Assembly: GCA_018398995.1 (NCBI GenBank)
Contig: CP073759.1
Location: 1,130,311-1,194,310 of the forward strand
Length of the DNA: 64,000 nucleotides
Direction of reading: 5' to 3'
Source of the DNA: Methylophilaceae bacterium
Lineage (GTDB): Bacteria; Pseudomonadota; Gammaproteobacteria; Burkholderiales; Methylophilaceae
Below, in pieces: positions 19,188-28,751 of this stretch. The notes below the pieces were generated by a model. That model was not told the DNA's origin. It made no database searches and saw nothing but the letters and a program-made list of their open reading frames with translations. A program made the position numbers and the translations under genes. The stretch's first letter is position 1, and every line of letters begins with the position of its first letter.

Positions 19188-19907
19188 ATGGAAACAGGAT
19201 TAGAGGAAATGTCCATTTGGAGTTTGGTTGCTGGTGCCAGTGTATTGGTACAAACAGTCATGTTAATTTTGGTATTGGCTTCAGTGATTAGTTGGTATTT
19301 GATTGTATTACGTGCCAAAAATCTAGCCCGTACTGAAAAAGACAATGCCACATTTATTCGACGTTTTCGTCAAGCGGATGATTTGGTGCATTTATACGAT
19401 GAAGTCACGAATAAGCAAAAGTCTGTGACACATTTACAAGGCATTTTTAGTGAGGGCTACCGCGAATTTTCCTCCCTTAAACACCTGCCCAACATAGCAG
19501 CTAGCCAAGTAACAGAAGGTGCAGAACGCGCGATGTTGGTTGCTATTGGCAAAGAAGAAGCGCAACTAGAAAAAGGCTTATCATTTTTAGCGACGGTGGG
19601 CTCTGTGAGTCCATATATCGGTTTATTTGGTACCGTTTGGGGCATTATGAATGCATTTATCGGCTTGTCCCAAGTGCAGCAAGCCACACTGTCTACCGTA
19701 GCGCCGGGTATTGCTGAGGCTCTAATTGCAACAGCCATTGGCCTATTTGCAGCGATTCCAGCTGTGATTGCTTACAACCGATTTAGCGCACGCGGTGCGA
19801 CGATTACTGCAAGCTATTACACCTTCGGCAACGAGCTGCAAATGCGCTTACATCGTCTTTTACATGCCCCACTGAAGCCTGTTTCGCTCGTGGCAGGAGG
19901 TCAGTAA
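19188..19907 (+). CDS. exbB: MotA/TolQ/ExbB proton channel protein ExbB
   Basis: The track ORF starts at 19104, inside the Pho box. The ATG at 19188 has AAGGAG 7 nt upstream. Three TM helices and the motif LATVGSVSPYIGLFGTVWGIM. Confidence 0.85.
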   Translation: METGLEEMSIWSLVAGASVLVQTVMLILVLASVISWYLIVLRAKNLARTEKDNATFIRRFRQADDLVHLYDEVTNKQKSVTHLQGIFSEGYREFSSLKHLPNIAASQVTEGAERAMLVAIGKEEAQLEKGLSFLATVGSVSPYIGLFGTVWGIMNAFIGLSQVQQATLSTVAPGIAEALIATAIGLFAAIPAVIAYNRFSARGATITASYYTFGNELQMRLHRLLHAPLKPVSLVAGGQ

Positions 19908-20353
19908 TGTTAAGGAAGCCGCAAAGTCAACATGGCCCAAAAGCAGAAATGAATGTGGTGCCTTATATTGACGTGATGCTGGTTTTGCTGGTGATTTTTA
20001 TGGTGACAGCGCCGCTGTTGGTGCAGGGCGTAAAGCTTGAGTTGCCAAAAATAGAAAGTGAAGCATTGCCCACAGATGCAACGTTGCAAATTCTCACCCT
20101 GTCGGTAAAAAGTGATGGCAGTTATTTTTGGAACGTTGGTGAAGAAGTGAATACCACATCGCAAACAGATACTGCGGTTGATGTGAATGAGATGACACAG
20201 AAAGTGAAGCAAGTGATTGCCTTACGAGGCGATACGCAAGTGTTTATTCGCGCTGATCAAGCGGCCAATTATGCCACTGTTATTGCTGGCATTGCAGCAT
20301 TGCAAAAAGGTGGTGTAACGAACTTAGGTCTGATTACGGAAGCGCCAGAATGA
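19907..20353 (+). CDS. exbD: biopolymer transport protein ExbD
   Basis: 148 aa with a typical ExbD/TolR N-terminus (MNVVPYIDVMLVLLVIFMV). Its start overlaps the exbB stop (TAATG). Confidence 0.9.
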   Translation: MLRKPQSQHGPKAEMNVVPYIDVMLVLLVIFMVTAPLLVQGVKLELPKIESEALPTDATLQILTLSVKSDGSYFWNVGEEVNTTSQTDTAVDVNEMTQKVKQVIALRGDTQVFIRADQAANYATVIAGIAALQKGGVTNLGLITEAPE

Positions 20354-21129
20354 GTCGCGTATTAGCCCCGACACCGGTGATTGATTTACAAGCGTTTACG
20401 CATTTGTTGCGCTCGGAACAGTGTTTTGCGCTTGGCGTGGCTGTGTTTATTCATCTGCTAATGATGACTTTATTATTGGCTGGTTGGCAAGAGAACAAAC
20501 CCGTTGCGGCTGCGGTTAATACCATCAAAATACAAATGATTCAGGCGCCAGTGGTTTCCCCTGTTAGTGAGGATGTTGTCGTACAACCACCAGAGCCGCC
20601 TGTGTTAGAAAAACCACCCGTGAAAAAAGAGCCACCTGTGCAAGCTATCAATGAAGCTGAGTTTGCCAAAAAGCGGGTAGATGAACCCAAAATGACGGCC
20701 GTGGACAGTGCGCCAGATAAGACTGAAGAAACGGAAGTACCACGTATTGAAGAGGCGCCCGCGCCAGTTGCTGCGCAGCAGACGGCGAGTCAAGTGTCTA
20801 CTAATGCAGAATCAACAACAAGCACAGCCAGTGACGCACCGACCAATCAGCCTTTTGATAGTAGCCAGTATTTTCCAGTGCAGAAAGATGCACCCGCTTA
20901 TCCAACGCGTGCACTTGATAAAGGCATACAAGGCGCTTGTACAGTACGTTATACCGTTAATACTGAAGGCCGCGTAGAAAATCCTCAGGTATTAGATGAT
21001 TGTCATCCTTTTTTTATTAAACCATCGCTGACTGCCACCAAAAGCTTTAGATATACGCCACGCATTGTGGATGGTAAGGCTGTTAATGTGCCCAATGTTA
21101 AAAACACTTTTCAATATCGTATAGAGTAA
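20350..21129 (+). CDS. tonB: energy transducer TonB
   Basis: 259 aa; N-terminal anchor, Pro/Glu/Lys-rich spacer (PPEPPVLEKPPVKKEPP) and a C-terminal TonB domain (YP..A...GIQG.C.V.Y.V...G). ATGA overlap with exbD. Confidence 0.85.
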   Translation: MSRVLAPTPVIDLQAFTHLLRSEQCFALGVAVFIHLLMMTLLLAGWQENKPVAAAVNTIKIQMIQAPVVSPVSEDVVVQPPEPPVLEKPPVKKEPPVQAINEAEFAKKRVDEPKMTAVDSAPDKTEETEVPRIEEAPAPVAAQQTASQVSTNAESTTSTASDAPTNQPFDSSQYFPVQKDAPAYPTRALDKGIQGACTVRYTVNTEGRVENPQVLDDCHPFFIKPSLTATKSFRYTPRIVDGKAVNVPNVKNTFQYRIE

Positions 21130-21132
21130 ATC

Positions 21133-22686
21133 ATGCAATTTTTATGTAAAAAAACAGGTTTAATCCTATTAGTTGGTTTTATGTTAGCCATTGTATTAAT
21201 TGTTACCGATAGCCGTGCAGAAGATGCAGCGTCTTGGGTCAAAAAAGGCGAAGCGGCATTAATAGCGGCTCAACAGTTACAAACAAACAACCAGCAAGCA
21301 AAAAACGTGATTTTGTTTGTGGGTGATGGTATGGGCATTTCAACCATTACAGCCGCGCGCATATTTGAAGGTCAGCAAAAAGGGATGGATGGTGAGGGTA
21401 ATCAACTTGCTTTTGAAAAGCTACCTTATCTGGCGCTATCCAAAACCTATTCCGCCAATCAGCAAACACCAGATTCTGCACCAACCATGACGGCAATGGT
21501 CACTGGGGTCAAGACCAATGACAGAATGATATCGGTGTCGCAAAGTATCAGTCGTGGCGAAAAAGATATCAACAAATTAAAGGCAGCACAATTAACCACC
21601 ATACTAGAACATGCAGAGTTAAAAGGACTGTCAACAGGGGTTGTCTCTACCGCAAGGTTGACGCATGCCACGCCTGCTGCAACCTATGCACATAGTTCAA
21701 ACCGCGATTGGGAAGCGAATGCCCAGTTACCAAAAGATACCCAGTTAAAAGATATTGCGGCTCAGCTGATTGATCATTTTGGCGATGGCGGTATTGGCGA
21801 CGGACTGGAAGTGGCACTTGGCGGCGGGCGTACTAAGTTTATGCCCAATACCATGATTGATCCAGAATATGCTGATAAAAAAGGCGAGCGTACCGATGGG
21901 CGACATTTAATTAACGAGTATCAGCAAAAATTTAATGGGCAGTATGTTTGGAATAAAACACAGTTTGATGCAATAGATGCGAACAAAACACAGCGTTTGC
22001 TGGGTTTATTTGCGCCATCGCATATGCAATACGAACATGACAGAACAAACGGTAAAGTCACTAATGAGCCTTCTTTAAGCGATATGACCAGTAAAGCAAT
22101 TGATATCTTGGCAAACAATAAAAAAGGTTATTTTTTGATGGTAGAAGCTGGTCGTATCGATCACGCGCACCATGCTGGAAATGCCTACCGCGCATTAAGT
22201 GAAACGGTCGCCTTGTCCGATGCGGTGAAAACAGCTTTGGAAAAAGTCGATTTAAACAATACCTTAGTCATCGTCACTGCCGATCACAGTCATACCTTTA
22301 ATATAGCGGGTTACCCTGTGCGTGGTAATCCAATTTTGGGCAAAGTGATCTCGCCAGGCGCAAAGACGACAACCAAAGCAGCTGATGGCAAGCCTTACAC
22401 GACATTAAATTATGTAAGTGGTGTGGGGTTTCATGCAGATAATTGTGATGAGAGCGAGCTGCAGGAAGACAATGTCAGCTTGCAACCAGGTCGCGTTGTC
22501 GATTTGGAGAACATTAATACGATGAAGCCTAATTTCCGACAAGAAGCCAATATTCCTTTAAAATCGGCAACCCATGCAGGTGAGGATGTGGCTATTTTTG
22601 CCGGTGGCCCAATGTCGCATTTATTTGTGGGTGTGCAAGAGCAGACGCATATTTTTTATGTAATGAAGCATGCGTTAGGGTTTTAA
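21133..22686 (+). CDS. phoA: alkaline phosphatase (PhoA family), secreted
   Basis: 517 aa; signal peptide; VGDGMG metal site, active-site Ser in TPDSAPT, and DHAHH and ADHSH motifs. Starts 3 nt after the tonB stop. Confidence 0.88.
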   Translation: MQFLCKKTGLILLVGFMLAIVLIVTDSRAEDAASWVKKGEAALIAAQQLQTNNQQAKNVILFVGDGMGISTITAARIFEGQQKGMDGEGNQLAFEKLPYLALSKTYSANQQTPDSAPTMTAMVTGVKTNDRMISVSQSISRGEKDINKLKAAQLTTILEHAELKGLSTGVVSTARLTHATPAATYAHSSNRDWEANAQLPKDTQLKDIAAQLIDHFGDGGIGDGLEVALGGGRTKFMPNTMIDPEYADKKGERTDGRHLINEYQQKFNGQYVWNKTQFDAIDANKTQRLLGLFAPSHMQYEHDRTNGKVTNEPSLSDMTSKAIDILANNKKGYFLMVEAGRIDHAHHAGNAYRALSETVALSDAVKTALEKVDLNNTLVIVTADHSHTFNIAGYPVRGNPILGKVISPGAKTTTKAADGKPYTTLNYVSGVGFHADNCDESELQEDNVSLQPGRVVDLENINTMKPNFRQEANIPLKSATHAGEDVAIFAGGPMSHLFVGVQEQTHIFYVMKHALGF

Positions 22687-22895
22687 AGGTTTATACAGTG
22701 AACGCTTTTGCCTAGACATGCTGCACCGATAAAATCGCGATATCCATTTGATGCTGCAACAAACAGTCATCGCTATTATTCCGTAATGCCTGGCTTGCTA
22801 TCATTATTGACCGTCTTAACGGATTATTTTGCGTCTGTTTGGAACGCTTTTCATTCAACACTGTCCGATTTACAACTTTTATTTTGGATTCGTTG

Positions 22896-23606
22896 ATGAT
22901 AAAAATCAGTGTTTTTTTATTAGTAATCTGTCAAGTATCGAGTGCATTTGCCACTTGTTTGTCTGATAGTCAGCTAGGCCAGTTAACGCAAGCAGAAGTG
23001 GCTTATTTAACCCAGAAAATTCCACCAGTCTTTAAACATACCTTGGCCGACAAAAAAATTAAGGTGCAGATTCAAGCGGTAGAACTTGATGGCTGCAAAG
23101 CACAGTTGGTGGTGCAACTGCCACAAGCGGATGTTGATGAAGCGAATGCCTTTTTGGATGGGCAACCGGCCAAAAAAATTATGCTTGCTGCGCAAGGTTA
23201 TGCCTTGCCACAGGGCATAGACCACCGCGCTGAATTTAGTGTGAACGTTGATCAGCTAAGCATCGCAGATGCGGATATTTTGCAAACCGCACCACTGGGT
23301 AAATTAAGAGCCAGCGTAGAGCTGATGTACGCATTTTTGACACAAAACCGTGCGCAACTCTCAGCAACGCAGCGTAATGACGTGCCATGGTCGGACGCAA
23401 TCAAACAGCAAGAGCTTTCACATTGTACTAGCAATACAACCATAAGTGCTTGTGGTTGTATTGTGGATCAATATGCGCTAAAGATTCCTGAGCATCAAAT
23501 GGAGTATATCCAATATATTCGGACCAATCCTTATGCATTAGCCATGGGTGCCGATCAAGTGTATGAAGAGATGAAACAAAACGCTGCCAGTGCTTGTGCG
23601 GGTTAA
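22896..23606 (+). CDS. periplasmic hypothetical protein
   Basis: The internal ATG at 22896 gives the signal peptide MIKISVFLLVICQVSSAFA. No family recognised. Confidence 0.55.
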   Translation: MIKISVFLLVICQVSSAFATCLSDSQLGQLTQAEVAYLTQKIPPVFKHTLADKKIKVQIQAVELDGCKAQLVVQLPQADVDEANAFLDGQPAKKIMLAAQGYALPQGIDHRAEFSVNVDQLSIADADILQTAPLGKLRASVELMYAFLTQNRAQLSATQRNDVPWSDAIKQQELSHCTSNTTISACGCIVDQYALKIPEHQMEYIQYIRTNPYALAMGADQVYEEMKQNAASACAG

Positions 23607-23609
23607 CTT

Positions 23610-25145
23610 ATGAATCTGCATTTGGTGTTGGGTGATCAGCTCAACCCAATCATCTCTAGTTTAGAAGGTGCTGATCAATCACAAGATTTAATCATGATGT
23701 GTGAGGTGCTAGAAGAAGCAACTTACGTTAAGCATCATCAGAAGAAGCTGGTTTTTATCTTTTCTGCTATGCGTCATTTTGCCGCAGAATTGCGTGAGGC
23801 GGGCTTTAAAGTCCATTATGTGATGCTGGATGATGCCAACAATAGCGGCACTATTACTGGTGAATTAAAGCGTGCTATTGAGCAGTTTCAGCCAAATCAC
23901 ATCATAGTGACTGAGGCCAGTGAGTATCGCGTGCTTCAAGCAATGAAAAATTGGCAAGCAAACTTGGGTGTGCCAGTAGACATTCGTCCTGATAAACGTT
24001 TTTTATGCTCTCATCAAGGATTTGCCAAATGGTCAAATGGGCGTAAACAATTACGCATGGCGTATTTTTATCGCGAAATACGTAGAAGCTATGGCATTTT
24101 AATGGATGGTGATTTGCCACTTGGTGGTGAATGGAGTTTCGATGCCGACAACCGAAAACCCTTGCCTGCCCATGTTGTTATTCCGCCTACCTATCATCAA
24201 GCGCCAGATGCGATTACTCAAGCGGTGATGGCGCTGGTGCAATCTCGATTCTCACATCATTTTGGTGTGATGGATGGATTTCATTACGCAATTAATCGCA
24301 GCCAAGCCCTGATTGCCTTAAAGCAGTTTATTGAAACGCGTTTATCAAACTTTGGTGACTATCAAGATGCCATGATGCAAGACGAGCCTTGGTTGTTTCA
24401 TAGCCATATCAGTTTGTATTTAAACAGTGGACTTTTACTGCCGATGGAATGTGTCCAATTAGCAGAGCAGGCGTATCACCAACAACTTGCGCCATTAAAT
24501 GCAGTTGAAGGATTTATTAGGCAAATTGTGGGTTGGCGTGAATATGTGCGCGGTGTGTATTGGCAATTTATGCCTGATTATGCGCAGGCGAACGCACTCA
24601 ACGCACAACGACAATTAGCGCCATGTTATTGGACAGCAGAAACCAATATGAATTGTGTTAAGCAATGTGTTAAAGAAACCCAGCAACATGCTTATGCACA
24701 CCACATTCAACGCTTAATGGTATTGGGTAATTTTGCCTTGTTGGCGGGTATGCATCCTAATGAAGTAAATGCCTGGTATTTATTGGTGTATGCCGATGCT
24801 TATGAGTGGGTTGAGTTGCCAAATGTCTCTGGCATGGTGCTGTTTGCGGATGGTGGTCAATTGGGTTCTAAGCCCTATGCAGCAAGTGGCGCCTATATCA
24901 ACAAGATGTCAAATTATTGTAAAAGTTGTCAATATGACGTTAAAGCAAAACAGGGTGAATCAGCTTGTCCATTTAATTATTTATATTGGGACTTTTTAAT
25001 TCGTCATCAAGATTTATTAGCGCGCAATCCACGTATGGCAATGATATACAACACGCTGAATAAAATGGATGATGCTATAAAGAAAAAGATAGTAGACGAT
25101 AGTAAGCACTTCTTAACAAGAATGGATGCGGGTGAAAAAGTCTGA
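23610..25145 (+). CDS. FeS-BCP (CryPro/PhrB-like) cryptochrome/photolyase family protein
   Basis: 511 aa, the 'deoxyribodipyrimidine photolyase-related' type. Cys ligands for a 4Fe-4S cluster (..APCYW.., CKSC..x..CPFNYLYW). Confidence 0.85.
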   Translation: MNLHLVLGDQLNPIISSLEGADQSQDLIMMCEVLEEATYVKHHQKKLVFIFSAMRHFAAELREAGFKVHYVMLDDANNSGTITGELKRAIEQFQPNHIIVTEASEYRVLQAMKNWQANLGVPVDIRPDKRFLCSHQGFAKWSNGRKQLRMAYFYREIRRSYGILMDGDLPLGGEWSFDADNRKPLPAHVVIPPTYHQAPDAITQAVMALVQSRFSHHFGVMDGFHYAINRSQALIALKQFIETRLSNFGDYQDAMMQDEPWLFHSHISLYLNSGLLLPMECVQLAEQAYHQQLAPLNAVEGFIRQIVGWREYVRGVYWQFMPDYAQANALNAQRQLAPCYWTAETNMNCVKQCVKETQQHAYAHHIQRLMVLGNFALLAGMHPNEVNAWYLLVYADAYEWVELPNVSGMVLFADGGQLGSKPYAASGAYINKMSNYCKSCQYDVKAKQGESACPFNYLYWDFLIRHQDLLARNPRMAMIYNTLNKMDDAIKKKIVDDSKHFLTRMDAGEKV

Positions 25146-25278
25146 TTTACCGAGTAAGCTTTGTGTCGTTTGCCAACGCCCCTTTAATTGGCGAAAAAAA
25201 TGGAAAGCGGTTTGGGCCGATGTTAAATATTGTTCTGATCGATGTCGCTTGCACAAAAATACACAGGTAAAAAAATAA
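25126..25278 (+). CDS. DUF2256 zinc-ribbon protein
   Basis: Not in the ORF track (50 aa). MRVKKSDLPSKLCVVCQRPFNWRKKWKAVWADVKYCSDRCRLHK matches the DUF2256 pattern. Overlaps the photolyase 3' end by 20 nt in another frame. Confidence 0.7.
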   Translation: MRVKKSDLPSKLCVVCQRPFNWRKKWKAVWADVKYCSDRCRLHKNTQVKK

Positions 25279-25423
25279 ATCGGGTGACTGCTTGCAAACT
25301 TAGATGGGTGTTTACAAACAAGGGATAGTATTGTTTGCGCATGACTATTTTTTAAACGTTAATGACAATAGGCTGTCTGACGTGATGTATTTGATTAAAT
25401 TGATATGTTGGAGTGTGATTAAC

Positions 25424-26449
25424 ATGAGAGACCTGCTATTTATTATTTTCTGTTTGCTCTATGCCCCCAGTTTGTTGGCAAGGCCCAGTTTTGCTGAAAC
25501 CTTAGCGTTAAGCCATTCCGTGGTGATGATTACGACCCAGTTGCCGAATGGTCAAAATGGCCGTGGATCTGGTGTTGTGGTCAGCAAAGAATATGTGGCA
25601 ACCAATTGCCATGTGGTTGCCAACGCCAATGGGGCGAATGTTGCCAAGTTTCGTGATGCGTATCAGCCAAAAGCAATTAAAGCGGATTGGAAACGGGATT
25701 TATGTTTGCTCAAATTTGACGACTTGCCATTTAACCCTGTCCAAATGCGTGATAGCACCAGCTTAGAGTATGAGGAAGAAGTGTTTAGTATTGGATTCCC
25801 TATTGGTCAAAACGTGCCGCAGCCTTCCTACGGCACGATTAAAGCGAAATACGCCTATGGCGGTGGAGGTGGCGAAATTATTCGTTCGACGGCAGAATTT
25901 GCCATGGGCTCAAGTGGCGGTGCTTTGTTTGATGAGCAGTTTAATCTAATCGGCATCACCACATTTAAAAGTCCCGGCGTAAAAGGTTATTTTTACCATT
26001 TGCCCGTCGAATGGATTAAAGAGTTAATGGATGCGCCAGAGACACAAAGCTTAGCTACAAACGAAATCCCATTTTGGGCAGTGCCTTTAGAGGAAAGACC
26101 ACCGTTTATGCGGGTTGTGATTCCTTATCAAAACGCAGAGTGGAAAACGCTAAAAGCGATCGCCGAAGAATGGACGCGCAAAGAGCCAACATCGCCCGAT
26201 GCTTGGTATTACCTGGGTGTGGCAGAAGAAGGAATTGGTTTGCTTACAGAAGCCAAACAACACTTAAACAAAGCGGTTGAAATTAATGCACGTGAATTGG
26301 ATGCGATGGTTGCATTATCGCGCGTGGCATATTTGCAAAAAGATATTCATGCACTTGAAGCCTTACAAGTATCTGTTAGCGCAATTGATACTATTGATGC
26401 GGATGAAATTTCAAATAAAATTCAACAATTAAAAAGTGGGCAAGATTAG
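25424..26449 (+). CDS. secreted trypsin-like serine protease with C-terminal TPR-like domain (paralog 1)
   Basis: The ATG at 25424 gives a signal peptide. Catalytic triad contexts TNCHV, DLCLL, GSSGG. Shared PFW/PFMRVV.PY module and TPR-like tail. Paralogs at 42642 and 51297. Confidence 0.8.
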   Translation: MRDLLFIIFCLLYAPSLLARPSFAETLALSHSVVMITTQLPNGQNGRGSGVVVSKEYVATNCHVVANANGANVAKFRDAYQPKAIKADWKRDLCLLKFDDLPFNPVQMRDSTSLEYEEEVFSIGFPIGQNVPQPSYGTIKAKYAYGGGGGEIIRSTAEFAMGSSGGALFDEQFNLIGITTFKSPGVKGYFYHLPVEWIKELMDAPETQSLATNEIPFWAVPLEERPPFMRVVIPYQNAEWKTLKAIAEEWTRKEPTSPDAWYYLGVAEEGIGLLTEAKQHLNKAVEINARELDAMVALSRVAYLQKDIHALEALQVSVSAIDTIDADEISNKIQQLKSGQD

Positions 26450-26633
26450 CGATATTATGCTTTGCCTACTTGAGCATTGCAGATCTGTATTGTCTTTGGC
26501 CATGGGCTTAAGCATGGGCCATGCTTGGGTCAATTGATGATTGCCTTGATGCATATTGTTTAGTTAACGCATGCGATGAAAATGCGCGATATAATCTGCT
26601 GCCTTATTGATCCATTGCAGCTTTATATAACCA

Positions 26634-27803
26634 ATGTCCTCTAGCATGCTCACCCGTACTCAAGTGCTTTTCGCTGGTATTTGCAGCCTTGTCTTGGCAA
26701 TGGGAATTGCACGCTTTGCCTATACACCTTTACTGCCTATCATGATGACAGAAGCCGCGCTGACGCATGCTGGTGGCGGATGGCTGGCGGCAATCAATTA
26801 TGCTGGTTATTTAATAGGTGTATTAGTTGCTTCATCTATCGGCGATACCAAGTTGAAAGATCGTTTGTATCGCTGGGGGATGGTGGTGGCCGTAATCAGC
26901 ACCGCCATGATGGCGATAACGACCGATTTTACCATTTGGGCACTGTCAAGATGGATTGCTGGCTTAAGTTCGGCTGCAGGTTTGATGCTAGGCAGTGGCT
27001 TGATATTAAACTGGTTAATTCGCCAACATCACCGTAGCGAGTTAGGTATTCATTTTTCAGGCATTGGTTTAGGTATTGCAGTTTGTTCGGCGGCAGCTGT
27101 TTTAATGACCCATCACGTCGCATGGGATATCCAATGGATGGTATTAGCTTGCTTAGGTGGGTTATTACTTATTCCTGCCTTAGTTTGGTTTCCCCCGCCG
27201 CCAATTGATGATGCTATTCAAAAACAACACCTATCCATGCAACATGCGCCACCCAATGCAAAGTTTATGCGTTTATTTACCGCCGCCTATTTTTGCGCTG
27301 GTTTTGGTTATGTGGTTACAGCTACATTTATTGTGGCGATTATTAATGCAGTACCTGTGCTTGAGAATAGAGGCAGTTGGGTGTTTCTCATGATTGGTTT
27401 GATTGCTGCCCCTTCTTGCATTATTTGGGATTTGGTTGCACGCAAAATAGGCGATGTGAATGCATTAATCATTGCAGCTGGATTAGAGGTGGTGGGCATT
27501 ATTTTCCCTGTACTTGGGTTGGGCTTAATTGGCGCTATGATAGGTGCAATATTATATGGCGCAACAGCGATTGCTATTGTCAGCTTAACGCTCACGATGG
27601 CAGGGCGTTATTATCCAGCGCAACCAGCAAAAATGATGGGCAAAATGACCCTTGCCTACGGTATTGCACAAATGATTGCACCGGCCATAACAGGCTGGCT
27701 GGCAAGTATGCAAGGTGGTTATGAGATGGGGTTTTATATTGCTGCTGGCCTAATGGCAATTGGGACTATACTGTTTTATCTCATGCGAAAAGCACAATCA
27801 TAG
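26634..27803 (+). CDS. MFS transporter, YbfB/YjiJ (DUF1228) type
   Basis: 389 aa, about 12 TM helices; the N-terminus GIARFAYTPLLP.M is typical of the YbfB/YjiJ family. Confidence 0.8.
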   Translation: MSSSMLTRTQVLFAGICSLVLAMGIARFAYTPLLPIMMTEAALTHAGGGWLAAINYAGYLIGVLVASSIGDTKLKDRLYRWGMVVAVISTAMMAITTDFTIWALSRWIAGLSSAAGLMLGSGLILNWLIRQHHRSELGIHFSGIGLGIAVCSAAAVLMTHHVAWDIQWMVLACLGGLLLIPALVWFPPPPIDDAIQKQHLSMQHAPPNAKFMRLFTAAYFCAGFGYVVTATFIVAIINAVPVLENRGSWVFLMIGLIAAPSCIIWDLVARKIGDVNALIIAAGLEVVGIIFPVLGLGLIGAMIGAILYGATAIAIVSLTLTMAGRYYPAQPAKMMGKMTLAYGIAQMIAPAITGWLASMQGGYEMGFYIAAGLMAIGTILFYLMRKAQS

Positions 27804-27872
27804 ACCAAATAATTCACCTTATTTCAGCCATGAGTTTATGATAACTGAACTAAAATGTTACAGGAGTGCACG

Positions 27873-27950
27873 ATGGGTAAAGGTCAGAAAAGTAACAAGG
27901 AAATTAAAAAACCTAAAAAAGTAAAGGCACCAGTTGCGCCAAGTAAATAG
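27873..27950 (+). CDS. 25-aa lysine-rich small protein (candidate)
   Basis: Not in the track. CAGGAG lies 6 nt upstream of the ATG. Peptide MGKGQKSNKEIKKPKKVKAPVAPSK. Confidence 0.35.
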   Translation: MGKGQKSNKEIKKPKKVKAPVAPSK

Positions 27951-28260
27951 CGTTACGTTCTAATTTAATCGCTTTGTAAACATGGCTTTATTCAGCAGTT
28001 CATGCATGTGTGGCGTTCAGTTATTTTGGCTGCAACATCATGCTTAGAAGTGCGCTAGTTTTATGGTCTTTTCTTTCATCACGTATCGAATTTATAAAGT
28101 CATGTACCCGTCAATGTTTTCTGGCTTCCAGCTAATCTACGCTTAGCATAGTAGCGGCTCGATACAGCGCGTCATGTATTATTTTTGATAAAAGCGCTTT
28201 GCGTTATTGCTAGAATTTCGCATAATGGCTGGCATTTACATTTCGATTTAAAGGTCAATC

Positions 28261-28701
28261 ATGCTAATGGAAGTTTCTGATGTGCATACTATTTCTGTCG
28301 CCATACGGGATGCCGTTGCGCCTGTTTTTTTGCTCACAGGCATTGGTTCTATTTTAGGCGTGATTACAGGACGTTTAGTGCGTGCGATTGATCGCGCAAG
28401 ATTGATTCAAAGTATGGACTTGCACGAGCGGGAGGAAAATTACAAAGATGAATTAAAGATTGTGATTAGCCGCATTACTTGGCTACGCCGTGCGATTGCA
28501 TTGGCTACATTGGCGGCTTTAAGTGTCTGTGTGTCGATAGCCAGTTTGTTTATCTCAGTAGAGTCCGGCATCAATATGCCGCACGTGGTGATGTGGTCAT
28601 TTATTGCCTCAATGGCTTCAGTTATTTTGGCATTAATGTGCTTTTTATTCGAGATTGTATTGACCTCTCAAGAGGTGATTGTGCATGCTAAGCGCCATTA
28701 A
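28261..28701 (+). CDS. DUF2721 membrane protein
   Basis: 146 aa with three TM segments; N-terminal AVAPVFLLTGIGSILGV..R..R..DR pattern. Confidence 0.7.
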   Translation: MLMEVSDVHTISVAIRDAVAPVFLLTGIGSILGVITGRLVRAIDRARLIQSMDLHEREENYKDELKIVISRITWLRRAIALATLAALSVCVSIASLFISVESGINMPHVVMWSFIASMASVILALMCFLFEIVLTSQEVIVHAKRH

Positions 28702-28751
28702 TCATCGATTTTTTATTGGCGCAAATAGGGCGTAATAGAGTAGAACTGCCA

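Noticed and set aside
22708-22896. 62-aa ORF between phoA and the periplasmic protein gene
   Set aside because: It uses a non-ATG start, has no SD, and runs into the better-supported start at 22896.
25859-25876. GGCGGTGGAGGTGGC (Gly5) tract in protease paralog 1, considered as a slippage-prone phase-variation tract
   Set aside because: It is neither a homopolymer nor a perfect short tandem repeat at the DNA level, so slippage is unlikely.
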